A stretch of 64,000 bases of DNA, from positions 62,001-126,000 of the forward strand of contig JAHBMJ010000366.1 in assembly GCA_018398765.1 (NCBI GenBank), read 5' to 3'. Below the pieces are notes generated by a model, which was not told the origin of the DNA, did no database searches, and was given only the letters and a program-made list of their open reading frames with translations. How positions within the stretch are numbered: position 1 is the first letter of the stretch; every line of letters begins with the position of its first letter. Below are positions 1-12,900 of this stretch, one piece after another. Source of the DNA: Chromera velia. Its lineage: Eukaryota. The position numbers were made by a program, and so were the translations under genes.

Positions 1-524
1 AACGAAAGGCATAGTACGGTGGATGAGTTTCTGGGGAGGGTGGCGTTCAGAAGAAGAGTGTTCAAGGAAAGCCCAGGAAGGTACGCACCTGCCACCTGGA
101 AACTCGTTATAGATGAAACAGTGTTGGCACCTAGGCACCGGCTAGAGAGAAAAAAAAAAGATCTCCCTGGATCGTCTACTTTTTTTTTTTTTGTCCAGTC
201 AAACAACTGTTGTTCAACTATTGCACAAGTGTTGTTTATATATTGCACAACCGTTGTTATAAGTGTTGTTCAGGGTCAAAAAGTAAAAAAGAAAACAAAA
301 AAAAAGATTTCCCGAGATCGTCTAATTTTTTTTTTCTCTCTAGCCGGCCGGCGCCTAGGTTGGCACAGAGATACGGAGTGATTACAAAAAGAAAGGGGGG
401 AACGGAAAGAAGAAAAGAAGAATACAAGACCATCCTAGAAGCGATGGAAGCAGGAAGACAGCTGAGGAAGGGAGAAGGAGAAATTGCTGAGAGGAGAATG
501 GAAAGAGGGCGTGCACAAAGTTAA
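1..524 (+). pseudogene. 3' part of an unidentified ORF interrupted by a MITE
   Basis: Removing 131-358 plus one TSD copy joins ...KLVIDETVLA to QRYGVITKRK...GRAQS* in one frame (stop ending at 524). No family recognised; the ORF runs off the window start. Confidence 0.5.
131..358. mobile_element. MITE (228 bp), non-autonomous DNA transposon
   Basis: Terminal inverted repeats CTAGGCACCGGCTAGAGAGAAAAAAA ... TTTTTTTCTCTCTAGCCGG(CCGG)CGCCTAG. Perfect 8-bp TSD GTTGGCAC at 123-130 and 359-366. Confidence 0.85.
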
Positions 525-1254
525 AATGTCCTTTCGTCCTGTGTCATTGGATCAATTTTTGGAGTAGTCTCTTTTGAGCAGCCCATAGACCACAGCATGC
601 AAAGCGCAGACAGATTGTTGTTTGTTAGTGGCCCGGGAAACCAGGCGGGCCACAGGGTATGGTCTGAGCCTCAGCGTCTGAGTCAGCGATGAGGTACACC
701 CTCCTGCCGTTTGCGGGGGCGACCTTTATAAGACAAAACGGCGACAGTACACGTGCTTCGGGGCACCACTAAATCACTTTAATACTAGTATCACTTATCA
801 CTTAACTTTCGTTTTATTATCATTTACAAACATAGTCATCCAGAATAATTCAGCTAGGATGCCACCAGGATGCTAATGCTACAAAAAAGTTTATAATTAA
901 TATAATGGTACAAGACTACAAGTTGAGTACCAGCTTGAATATCAGTTTTTATGGTAAAATATCATAAGATTCAAATATGATAAGTAATGATAAGAAGTTA
1001 TTAAGAACTGACGAGATGATAAAAAGTAATAAGAACAAAGAAATTTGAAAAAATATATTTAAAATTATTGCGTTAATATTGCATCTTATTTAGATATATA
1101 CCAGGAGCTGCGTAGAGCTGCGCTCCGGTACGTATGTCCCACACACATGCAAGTACATGTATATACCTCTTTTTCTTGTCCGATTTCTATTCCGTCTCCT
1201 TAAGAGGAGAAAAGTGGAAGCTAAAAATAGGTGTGCATCCGTGTGCAACGCGCG

Positions 1255-1322
<68 letters not shown>

Positions 1323-1943
1323 GACACACAAACAGAGAGACAGACTACCTATATCGTCTTTTCGTTCCCTTTTTCTGTTTCTTCATTCTCTTTTCTGTTT
1401 AGACAGACAGACAGACAGACAGACGGATATTGACTCATTGTGAAAACGGACAGACGGAGACGGACATGGAGATTCTCTGAAAGGAAGGAAGGAAGGAAAC
1501 AAGGAAGGAATACATGCAGCGAATGGAATCCTTCGACATTGTCAAGCTAGGTAGGTACACTGACTGACAACCGCTGACGGCCCTCCCTCCACACCCACGC
1601 TGCTACTACTGCCAGTCATCGATCGATTGAATCGAACTCCCTCCCAACTGACGCAAAATTAAATTAATACACGCGGATCGCTGCCACACCCATGAATTTG
1701 TATGCGGCTTTCCCCCTATGCAGCGAAACCGGGACATGCCCCCCGATGCGGCCCCCTCACGCACCCCCCCAGTGCCACTTCGTTCTACCCCCCCCTCCTG
1801 TCTTGCAAGCTCCATGCACCCAGTGAAATGCATTGGGTGGGAAGTGCCCCCCCATCCATCCAGTCGTTCATGCATGCCTCTGGCATCACTCATTCGATTA
1901 CCAATCGTCAGGCTTGCTACCATGCTGCTTTGCATTGCCCTAT

Positions 1944-3926
1944 TCAGTCTTCTTCTTGCTTCAACTGCTGCACCACTTTCTTCTCGTCTGAGCTCTCCTG
2001 TCTGTCTGTACTCTCGCTCTCCCCTCCCCGCTCTTCCTTTTCCTCAGGCCCCTGGGCTATCTCCTCTCCCTCCTCCTTCACCACAGCCAGATTGATCCAC
2101 TCAATGCTCCTCAGCACTAGATTCCACTCAGCCTTTGCCTCCTTGTTCTTTATGTCCTCCTTCAACACACCCGCATGGGCGTTGTAATTCCTTCTCCAAC
2201 CGTGGCCATAGAAGACAAAAACCTCCTCTCCCTTCTTGATCTCTTGTGACGCTTGCGCAAACACCCGATTGTTGTCCCTATCGTAGAAAAAACGACAGTT
2301 CACTCTCTTTCGTCCTTCCGGGTCGTACGCGAAAGTCCCTTCCTCCGTCATTTGGAGGGAAGGGTCGTTGATGTACCCCGCCCCCCCCTGTCCTTTCCTT
2401 GGCACCACAGGGGAACACAGAAGGGTGTCTGACCCCGGAGCGGTATTCGTGACATGAAGCCACAACGCAGACTTCCTGCTGACCTCACTCTTCGAATACA
2501 AATGCCCGTCATACTCAGTGATCAGCTCGTCTTTGGCAAATTGGCGTGTCACAAACAGGCCATTCTCAGCCCCCTCAATGGTGGACTCCTTCACTTCCAC
2601 ACCCGACCCCAGCACTGCCACTGTCCTCCCCCCCTTTCCAGACGGATGCTGACGGGCGATTTTATGTGGCTCAATCATCTTCAGCCCCTCTTGTTGTTCA
2701 GTCAACCGTGGACTACAGCGAAGACTGCCTCCCTGAGTCTCGTCTGAACTCACTTCATCACCCCCGTCCTCGCTCTCGGCAGACGGAGCAGCCGGTGCCG
2801 CTGAGGATGAAGAAGAAGAGGAAGAGGGCGAAAAGGGCTGTGAGGGGGCACCCTTTCTTTTCCTCTTCCCCATTTCGGGCTCGGGTTCTTTCTCTCCGTT
2901 GGCAAGCTGCTGCGGCTGATCGGATTGAATGTCTTTCTGAGAGACGGAAACCGCTTTCTTCTTTTTCACAGGACTTGCAGCTGTGGCAGCAGCAGCCTGA
3001 GCATGAAGGGAGGCAAACGACGTCAGTTTGTTCTTCTTTCCATTCTTTTTCTGGTCCCCCTCCTTCCCTTTTCCCTTCTGCCTTTGATTACCTCGCACAC
3101 CTCCACCCCCACACTCCTTGCACCTATACCTCAGACGCTCATGCTCACAAATTGACCCACCACCACACTCCTTGCAATTATCCCTCCGACGCCCATGCTC
3201 ACAAATTTGCCCACCACCACACTCCTTGCACCTTTCCTTCCGACGCCCATGTTCACAAATTTGCGAACCACCACACTCCTTGCACCTATCCCTCCGACGC
3301 CTATGCTCACAAATTTGCGAACCACCACACTCCTTGCAACTATACCTCAGACGCTCATGCTCACAAATTTGCCCACCACCACACTCCTTGCAATAATCCT
3401 TCCGACGCCCATGCTCACAAATTTGCGAGCCACCACACTCCGTGCACCTATCCCTCCGACGCCCATGCTCACAAATTTGCGAACCACCACACTCTTTGCA
3501 ATAACGTCGCTGACGGCCGTGCTCACAGAAAAAGCTTGGTTCACACTCCTTGCAGTTATATCGCCAAAGCCCATGCTCGCAGCGCCGACCGTTCCCACGA
3601 CCTGCTTTCTTTCCACCCCCCACTTCCTTTTCTGCCTCTGCCTCAGACACTTGTGGATGGACCAGGTGCAGGGAGTTCTTTCCCTGTGAGTGACGAAGAG
3701 CGGCCAACCCCTTCCCCCCCCCCTTTCCACCAGAGGGGCTCTCTCTCTGAGTCCGGGGCTCCGTCTTCCTCTGCTTCTTCGCCTGTTCTGCCCCTGCACC
3801 TGCATCTGAACACACAACAAAAACAGCGGAGCAGACACAGCAGAAGGGAAACAAGACTCAATTTCAACAAACTGCAGCGTCGCAACGACATGAAGAGAGA
3901 TCACTTCGGAGGCGAGCACGCGCGCG

Positions 3927-3969
<43 letters not shown>

Positions 3970-3971
3970 NC

Positions 3972-4004
<33 letters not shown>

Positions 4005-4048
4005 TACATACATACACATACACACTCACACACACTCACACACGCACG

Positions 4049-4084
<36 letters not shown>

Positions 4085-4128
4085 TACATACATACACATA
4101 CACACTCACACACACTCACACACGCACG

Positions 4129-4167
<39 letters not shown>

Positions 4168-4200
4168 TTACACACGCACTTACACACGCACTCACACACA

Positions 4201-4241
<41 letters not shown>

Positions 4242-4692
4242 GCACGCACGCACGCACGCACGCACACTCACACTCACTCACTCACTCACACACACACACA
4301 CACATACACACACACTCACACAGAGTGAGAGACATATCACGAGTGGACGAAGCCACACGGTACCGAGATGACCGTCCCGACGCAGAAAGAACGGTTTGCT
4401 CGATCGAAGGTTGCAATCGGAAAGGCAACAGACGGACAGACGTGAAGCGACCAAAGAGAGCCGAGGTATGAACTTGGAGTCGCCACCAGACACCGGCTGG
4501 CCAGATGCACTGAGTCGAGACACACAAAATTTACCCGTAACTCAGAAACGACCAGAGGCCGAAGAACAGTTCGCAGAGAAAGCGTCTCGTCCCTGGCTTT
4601 GCACACCGGCGGACCGCACATGCAGAGTAACTTAGACGAGACATGGAGAGAGAAAGAAGAAGAGTGACGATCATGCATACATACATACATAC

Positions 4693-4725
<33 letters not shown>

Positions 4726-5949
4726 GAAAGAAGAAGAGCGACGATCAAGTCAGTCTGACCTTCAGAGGGCCCACTGGCAGGCGGAGCTGTATGCTCGTCT
4801 CTGTGGTTCCCCATGGGGGCGGGGCATTCCGCGTTCTCGCACCTTCCCGCCAAGAGGCGCAGCTCATTCGGCAACATCATCTTATTCTTGTAGTTCATTT
4901 TCTCGTGTTTCTGCAAGAAAAAATCAAATAAACAAAATACGGACGCGACCCCGGAACGCAATCTAAACTCTCACTTAACATCCTCGCCCAGGAGTTTCAA
5001 ACACACCAACTTAAAAGGTTTGAATGAAGCAGCTGATTGAGAACAGACAGACAAACCTTGACCGTCAGATTCAGAGCACAAGCCAACCTAGAAACGACCA
5101 ACAGCGAGGCACACAGAGATCACCAGAGCATGAAAAGCGGATACATCCGAACCCTATGCAGGCCTCAAAATGCGAAGAGCATGCAATGTATACAGCGGGT
5201 CCGACACCGCACATGAAAGCGGCAGCAGAGGGAGCTAGGACGAACGTCGTTTCAATGTCATCATGCACGCCACCGTGACGCTTTCTCACCGTTTGTGCCG
5301 CCTTCTGCTTCTCGTTCAGCGCCTGCCAGGTGTAGTTGCACGTCTGCTTCCGCTCACCCGGCTCTGACTGCAGACTTACCAGAGAAGAAGAAACTGAGAC
5401 AGACCTGAATCGATCGACTCTAAGACAGATACCGATGTGGGTGTTGACAGTCCAGGGCATTATCAAAGGGGGGGCAGAGGGGTGCAAGGGGGGAGACTCT
5501 CGCTGGAGACGGGAATATGTTCAGGAGACGAGAGGACCCCAAAAGAGACACGCCTAGAAGCCGTGACTGAGGGACGGGATGCATGCAGCGATGCACAGAC
5601 ATGCACGACCAAAGGGGGTAGGAAAAAAAGCAGTCGACAGATAGAGAAGCACAGCTTGGTGGACCGAAGACCAAAAGCGCAGTGCCACGGAAGGCTGGAA
5701 GAGCGAAAGAGTAAGGGAAGGACTGGCTTAGCATGGAGACAGACACACACAAGCCTGAATGCACACACACAGGCGAACGCAGCAATATATACTAGGCAGC
5801 AATAGCCAGAAGAGTGCTGTTCACTGCAAAACAATATCTTGTTGAATCTTCTAGTCAGTAGTCCGCATTTGGAGAATCACGATAAAACCCGAAAAAGAAA
5901 AGTGACTGACGGAAACAGAGCATTTCTTGCTGACATCGTGGTCGACCAT
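1944..5949 (-). CDS. Cys/His (CEHxxxxxxCxEC) repeat array plus SET-domain protein, ~709 aa, 4 exons
   Basis: Exons 5949-5911, 5367-5290, 4910-4760 and 3805-1944 have GT/AG ends and matching phases (0,0,1). Nine 18-aa repeats lie at 3581-3096. SET motifs at ~2610-2195: [16 protein letters not shown]...[26 protein letters not shown]. The small 5' exons are less certain than the last exon. Confidence 0.8.
3096..3581 (-). repeat. Coding minisatellite, 9 x 54 bp
   Basis: Units encode the consensus CEH(G/E/R)xxxxxC(K/T)ECGGxxI and are visibly similar at the DNA level. Confidence 0.95.
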
Positions 5950-6907
5950 GGGCTCGACCAGATGACAGTCTTCTAACGGAGACGAGACGAGACGAGATGA
6001 CCGCGAAGCCTCCCGTGTGCCTTCTGTCCGAATTTCAGTGCACTCGGAGATCAAAATGAGGATTGTTCACGCAGTTGGACTCTCAAATAAACGCAGCGAG
6101 CACTCGATTGAGAAAAAAAAATTCAAGAACCTGCTGAGTTCCCGTCTCCTCAAAGCACGCCACTTAAAGAAGAGCGAGGCGAGGAGAAAGAGATGCTGCA
6201 AGTTCAAAAAAGAGTTTCTTTCGCACGGAAACCTTGACTCCCTCTCAAAAAATGGTTTGAGATATTTTGGAACGTTTTCACATGACCGTCTGAAATGGCG
6301 GACTCAGTATGGACTCAGTATATGGGCGGAGTGCTGATTGCAGGCATTTGGCCTGGAAAGTTGGCCCCGGATCAGCCCAGCAATGGCCCCGGAAAGCGTA
6401 GCGGGGGTGCATGCATGCTTCCAAAAACAGTATGCAATTGTATGCATGCATGACCCCGGAAAGCGTAGCGGGGATGTAGCGGGGGGTACTTACAAAATTG
6501 AGACGAGACGGTCAGACTGTCACGAATCCAATCTGCATGTGAAGTTGAATACGCAGTGTCGACCATCAAGTAGCATGTATAGACTGCCCGTCCTTATTTC
6601 CTAGCTTCCTTCTGTCCGCTCACATACAAAAGTCGATCGAGAGAAAAAAAAGAACGCCCAACTGCGGCAACAAACAGAGCCGAACTGGTAAAGTTCGACG
6701 CATTTGAAATTCGTCTCACCTTGTTGTCTCCTTGCGTTGCGGGTTCGACACTTGTACACGTAAAGAAAAGAGCCCCCTGATTGAACCGCACTCAGTGAAT
6801 TGTTCCGATCAGCCTTCTCCCCGTCCTTGCTTACCTGAATACCGCCACGAACCCAAAAAATTCCAGAAGAGTCTTGGTGGCAGCCTCCAGGTATCTTCCT
6901 TCTCGCT

Positions 6908-9900
6908 ATGTTTGCAAAGGAAGGGCAGATGCGGACGGGCTCTGAGCTGCTCGCTCTGAGCTTGCAATCTGCCGGTGTTGCAATGACCTTTGGCATTCCG
7001 GGCGTCCAGAACCTCTCTCTCTACCGGGCACTGGCTGCGACAGGGACTCCCGCGACTCTTGTCTCCAACGAGCAGAACGCAGCAGCGATGGCCATTGGCT
7101 TTCGTGAGGCAACGCAAAGGGGATCTCAAACCCCCGAGTCAACACTGACATGCGTGAACCTGATTGGGGGGCCGGGGATCACCCACGCTCTTGGGGGGAT
7201 TGCCGCAGCGAAGTGGCATCAGTGGCCGCTGCTGGTGCTCACAGCAGGTGGGGTGGTTTGTACATCGGTCTCGGGCTGTGCACCTCTTGCAGTTGCGCTG
7301 GATTAATTTGCCTTTTTTAATGTCCCGTGTGTTGCATCACAAATCAAACGAGCTTGCATGAACCACATCATGAGAAGGAGAATAATTTACTCGTGCCGAG
7401 AAGAGAAGAGAAGAGGGGGTAAGATTCGTGCCTCGTCATTCACCGTCAAGATGCGCATGAAAGGATGGACCTTCCGGAACTGCATGAATTTTCTGAATAG
7501 ATTCTTGTCCTCTCTCTCCATTCGAGTGGTGTGAGCTGACGAGGTCTGAATGGATTGGAAAGTCCTGACTAGCGATGGGGACCTGCGCAATTTTTTTTTT
7601 TCTCACTCATGGGCGCCCAATGAGGTCGTTGCCGGATCTCGGCACTCCCATCCTTCTTTCTTTTTTTCTTCCTTCCTTTCTGTGCAGGGGTCCGGCAGTC
7701 TGGTCCCAGGTTTCAGCTTCATGACGTGGATAACTTGGCGATTCTTTCCCCTGTTTGCAAGCACACCCTCCGACCGAAGTCCATTGAAGAGATCCCCCTC
7801 ACAGTCTACCGGGCTGCCGCTCTCTGTTGCCAAGCCCCCCAGGGTCCAGTAGCAGTGGAGGTCCCCAGCGACTTCCTCAGTGGACGAGGGAAGGTGACTT
7901 GGCCGTCCGCTGAAGAGATCGAGAAACTCACGGACAGGACACACACGGAGGCAGGAGGAGCGTTGCAGGGTCTCGGAGGGCAGTTGGAGAGTCCTTTGAC
8001 GCCAACGCCGTCAGACTCCTCTCCTCCTCCCGGGAGCGTTCCGCATGCATGCTCGCAGCTTTGCAGCGTCCTGCAGCGGGTGATCTTGGAGCACACGGAT
8101 AGCTCGGGGCAGGACGCTCATCTGGCCGTCTTCAGCGACGCGGAGGCCCTCGAAGGTCCTCTACGGGCGTCCTTCCAAGGCCTCCCGGCATCTCCGTGTT
8201 CTCTGGCCACCTCCTCATTGTCGGGCTTTGAGTTCGCTGTCCCAGCCGCAATCGGGGCGGGACTTGCCCATAAGAGCGGGCCGGGATCTCCGACAGGGTT
8301 GGGGGCAAAAGTTGGCGGCGCAGGAGACTGGGGGGTGCCCGTCGCCGTTGCTTTTACGGACAGGAGCACGCTGCCGCAGACCGTAGTGGAGATGGGTGTT
8401 GCCCGTGAGAAGAGATGTCGGGTGCTCGTCTTCGTCATGGGGGACTGGGGGGGGCAGGATGGGGTCAGTCGTTGCGCTGCAGCAGCGGTTGGAGCTCGAT
8501 TCGAAGATCTCGGGGCGAGGGAAGGTCTCAATGGAGCGGGCGCGAGAGAGCTCCTCCTGGATGTATTGACAGACCCAAAAGAGACCGTTTGTGTCTTTCG
8601 GATGCGGACGGAATGTCCCCCCCCGCCCCTGTCACGAGGAAGGTCTCTTGAGGGGGGGCGGGAGAAAGCTGGCACAGAGACCACGAAGGACTCCTTCCAA
8701 GTCGGTTCCATCAATGAATTAACGGATTCATCAAAAGCGAATGAAATTTGTGGAAACGTACAAAACACTAACCATGTCGGTTGCGCTGGAGAATGCATTT
8801 CGAGAACGTGCACGTTTTTGCTGTGCGCTCGTGCAAAGAAAGTCTAGGAGGCATCGCTCAGCCATTCATATTGATTGCATGTCCCTCTGCCAAGAGAGAG
8901 GCTCTGCTTCCTTCGTTGAAGTAAGTCATGCGCGCTCATCCATTCCTTGCCAGCAGATGGCCTGCTTGGGCACTTTCTTTATTGCATGCATTTATGCATG
9001 GTGCATCGGTCACTCAGTGCATGTCTCTCTACCTTCAGATAGTTGTGGAATGAAGAGAAGGGGAAAATTTGAATGCATCTATCCATCTGTTGCATGTCCG
9101 TGTTGCTTGCATACAGAATGTATAAACGAATAAAGAATGTATATTTGTGGTATGAAAATGAACGCATCTATCCATCTGCTGCATCTATGTGGTGTTTGCA
9201 GTTTCCTCCCTCTGCTGCTGAGTTCCTGTCAGAGACTCTCCACTCTGTCGGCTTTCGCGATGTGATCGTGGGGCCCCATTCTGCAAAGACACTCTGCCCC
9301 GATTTGTTCCGTCTCCTCCACCAAGGCCCGCTTTCCCTCTGGGAATCCTCAACCGAGCAGGGCGCCTCCTTTGCCGCCAATGGCTTCACACGGTCACAGC
9401 GACGGCGCAGTAGCCAAGGTGTACCGAATGAGATTCCAGTCCTGCTCCTGTCAGCCTCTGCAGTCCCCCAGAGCCTCTCGGGGGTCGGTGAAGCGCTGCT
9501 TGACTCGGCCCCTGCGCTCCTGGTGATCCTCGATTGTCCATTTTCTCCTCAATCTCCTTCCTTCCCGGTGTTCGAGTGCTGCCTCCCGCTGTGCAAGTGG
9601 CCATCCATGGAGGACATGAGAGAGGCCTCTATCTCTTCCGCTGGAGAACTGCGAACAGTGCTCGAGGAAGCCGCCCGAAACGTCCGCACCCTCCCAGCAG
9701 CACCCGTCGCAGTTAGAGTGATGCGATCCTTCTGGACGGACTCCCGATGGAACAACCCCCCCACCGCGTATCCCACCAGAGTCCCCACTGGGCTTCCCAC
9801 CTCCTCACAGAGCCTTCGATTATTCCCTCAACAAGAGAACTCAAATGGGAATACCACAGACGAACCCGAGAGCCTCGAAGTGGCTGTGCGAGCCCTTGCG

Positions 9901-12900
9901 AAGGCAGAGCGCCTCCTCATCTACGCAGGTGCAGGGGCTCTGCACTGCACGGAGCTACTGATCGCAGTTGCAGAGAGAACAGGGGCCGTGGTGTGTTCGA
10001 GTTGGAGCGGGAAAGGGACGTTCCCGGAATCCCACCCGCAGTGGTTGTGGACGGGGATTGGCGCAGCTCTGCCAGAAGGCGTGAGAGACATTGCCGCGAA
10101 GGCAGATGCCTGTTTGTTTCTCGGCATTCGTTTAAGTGAGGTGGCCACCTCCCATTATCGTATGTGTGTACCTTTGTGCACGGTTCACGTGGACGTTGAC
10201 CCGAAGGTCCTGGGGGCCGTGCTGAAAGTGGGCCACCAAGTGCAGGCAGAGGCGGGGCTGTTTCTCTCTCGTCTTCTCAACACACTGCATCTGCACCACG
10301 CCCCTTTGTCCTCCGGGTTCAACAGCATCGGGGGGGGGGGAGGCTCCTCCCAAAGCTTAACCCCGTCAGCAGGTTGGCGATCCGAGCTTCTACAAGCCCG
10401 GCAGCCCGCCGAGAAAGTCCTAGAGACAGAGGCCGCAGGGACGGTGGGGACCAGCAGGGTTCCCCCTGCATTAATTGCTGCAGAGCTGCAAAGGCAGCTT
10501 CCTCGCGACAGCGTGTTCATCACTGACTCGGGTAACGGCACCCCCCTTTTTGTTGAGTGCCTTCGGTTGGACTCTCCCGGACGGTTTCTCTGCCCGTCTG
10601 ACTACTCGTCCATGGGGTTTTCCGTTCCCGCAGCCGTGGGGGCCGCCTGTGGTCCCGACTGTAGCACTGCGGTGGCACTCGTCGGCGATGGTGCGTTTTT
10701 GATGACGGGATTTGATGTTGCAGCAGCCAGAAAGTACGCGCTTCGTGTGATGGTGGTGGTACTCCGCGATCGTGAACTCGGCCTGATGTCGGCTCTCCAG
10801 AGGGCAACGGGACAGGATCCCTTCTGCACGTCCTGTCCTGAGTACTGTGTGGAAGGGATTGCAAAATTGGGGGGGGTGCACTACAGGCATGCCGCCACAT
10901 GCGAGGAGTTTCGGTCCGGGGTTTCTTGGGCGCGTCAGCGGCTCTCCCGGGGTGAGCCTGTGATTCTGGAAGTGGCTGTGGACTACAGCCGACACTCTTT
11001 CTTCACCAAAGGTTGCCTCTCTGTAAAGGAAGGGATCAGGGTCAGGGAGGGGGTTTATCAAAACACAAAATCGAGTCTCCATCATCCCTTCCCTCCTGTC
11101 TCTCCCACCCAACCGCAGCTGCCCCAACTTACCCACAGTCACACCATCTCTGCACATCGCCCAAGCGCCTCACCCCCCCCCCCCCCCCCCGGGTTGCATG
11201 GCAGCAACGCTGGAGGTTCCGCAGCCTCCACTATGGACCCCTTACGGGTCCTCGATCAGGCAGCCGGCCTTATTGCACAGGCACAGGGTCTTCTGCGAGC
11301 AGCGCCCCCCCCTCTCTCTCGAGGGGCTGCGGAAGGAGAGGGAGATAATAAAGCACCCCATTCATTCGATGTCTGGGGAATACTAGAGCGGGCGTACAAG
11401 ATGTCACCCAGCAAAGTTGCCGTGAAGGTACACACCCAGCCTGAGGAGCAGGAAGGCCTCCCTTGTACATACCGTGACTTTTTTCACCTTTCCTCTTCCT
11501 TGGCTCTTTTTTTGTGCTCGGAGGGGGGTGTCGTGCCAGGTGACCGCGTCGGCCTTCTTCTTCCGAATATCCCGGAGGCGCTTTTTTGTCACTTCGCAGC
11601 CGCAGCAGTACGTGTTGTGGTTCTCAACCTGAACACTCGGCTCGCGATGTCTGAGTACCTGCATATCATCCGTCTCGCACGACCGCGGTGGATCCTTGCG
11701 CCCCCTTCCCGCGCCAGTGAGCTCGAGGAGATTTACCGTCGTCTGGCGTCGGAGGGAGTAGTCGAACTTCAAGGGATTATCTGGGTAGGGGACGCCGGGG
11801 GCAGACGGCAGGGCCGCACGATCATGGAGTGTGAGGTCCCCGAGTGTGCCCACAGGGGAGTGCTGGCCAATGTACGTCATTTGACGTTTAGCTCGGCAGT
11901 GGCTCTCGGATCGTCTCTGCTGACGACAGGAGGACGTACACGCCTGCCGCTGCCGGTGTCCAATGCGGGGGATGCGGGGTTCCAGCTGTACTTCACCAGC
12001 GGAACAACGGGAGTCCCGAAGGGCGTCCTGCTCAGCCACCGGGCTGTGTGGCTCCATGCCCTGGCCGCAGCTGCAGAATTCAACATCGGACCCGCAGATG
12101 TGTGGGGCCACTTCGCGCCCTTGTACCACGTCGTCGACGCCTTTGCCCTGTTTGCCATCACATGGGTTGGCGGTGTGCACGTGATGCTTCCCACGTACAG
12201 CGTCCACTCCCTCCTTGAGTGCATCCAGCGGCAGAGCGTGACAATCACCAATCTAGGGTCGACGATGATGCTCCAGGTGGCCTCCCTCCCCTCTAGCACG
12301 CTGGAAGGCTTCAGTCTCGACTGCGTTCGCATGATATCATGCGGAGGTTCCCCCCTCCCCCCCGAGGCGCTCCGCACAGCCATCAAGACTTTCCGCAAAG
12401 CAGTCGTGTTCTGTTCCTATGGGATGACTGAGTGCTGTGGGAAAATTTCCTTTTCGTTGCCGTCACGAGACATCCTCCAGCTGCAGGAGGACGAACAGTG
12501 GCCGTTCATCTCCAGCAGCGGGCGGCCGTTTTTGTTGATGGACGTCCGCGTGATGGACGAAGAGGGGAAAGAGGTCCCAGAGGATTCCAGCACTGTCGGG
12601 GACGTCCTCATCAAGGGAGAAACCTTATTCAGTGGGTACTGGCAGAACTCCGAAGCGACTGCCGAGTGCTTCACCCCGGATGGGTACTTCAGGACAGGGG
12701 ACGTGGCTGTGCGTCATCAATTTGGGTACATAACAGTGGTGGACAGACGGAAAGACATGATCCTCGTGGGGGGTGAAAACGTCTTCAGCGCCGAGGTAGA
12801 GCGCGTCCTTCTTACCGACCCTGCAGTAGGTGCTGCAGCAGTTGTCGGTTCCCCTGACCCCCTTTTGGGGCAGCGCGTGGTGGCCTTCGTTGAACGACGA

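Noticed and set aside
3096..3581. Possible CRISPR-like array (also the 96-bp array at 23671-23968)
   Set aside because: The units are contiguous with no unique spacers, there are no cas genes, and the context is eukaryotic.
2546..4471. 641-aa plus-strand His/Thr-rich ORF
   Set aside because: It is the antisense shadow of the 54-bp coding repeats plus (CA)n microsatellite; the SET-bearing frame is on the minus strand.
4324..4630. Complex sequence with a CSIEGC peptide within the SET-gene intron
   Set aside because: Too short, with no supporting splice or terminal-repeat structure; cannot be called.
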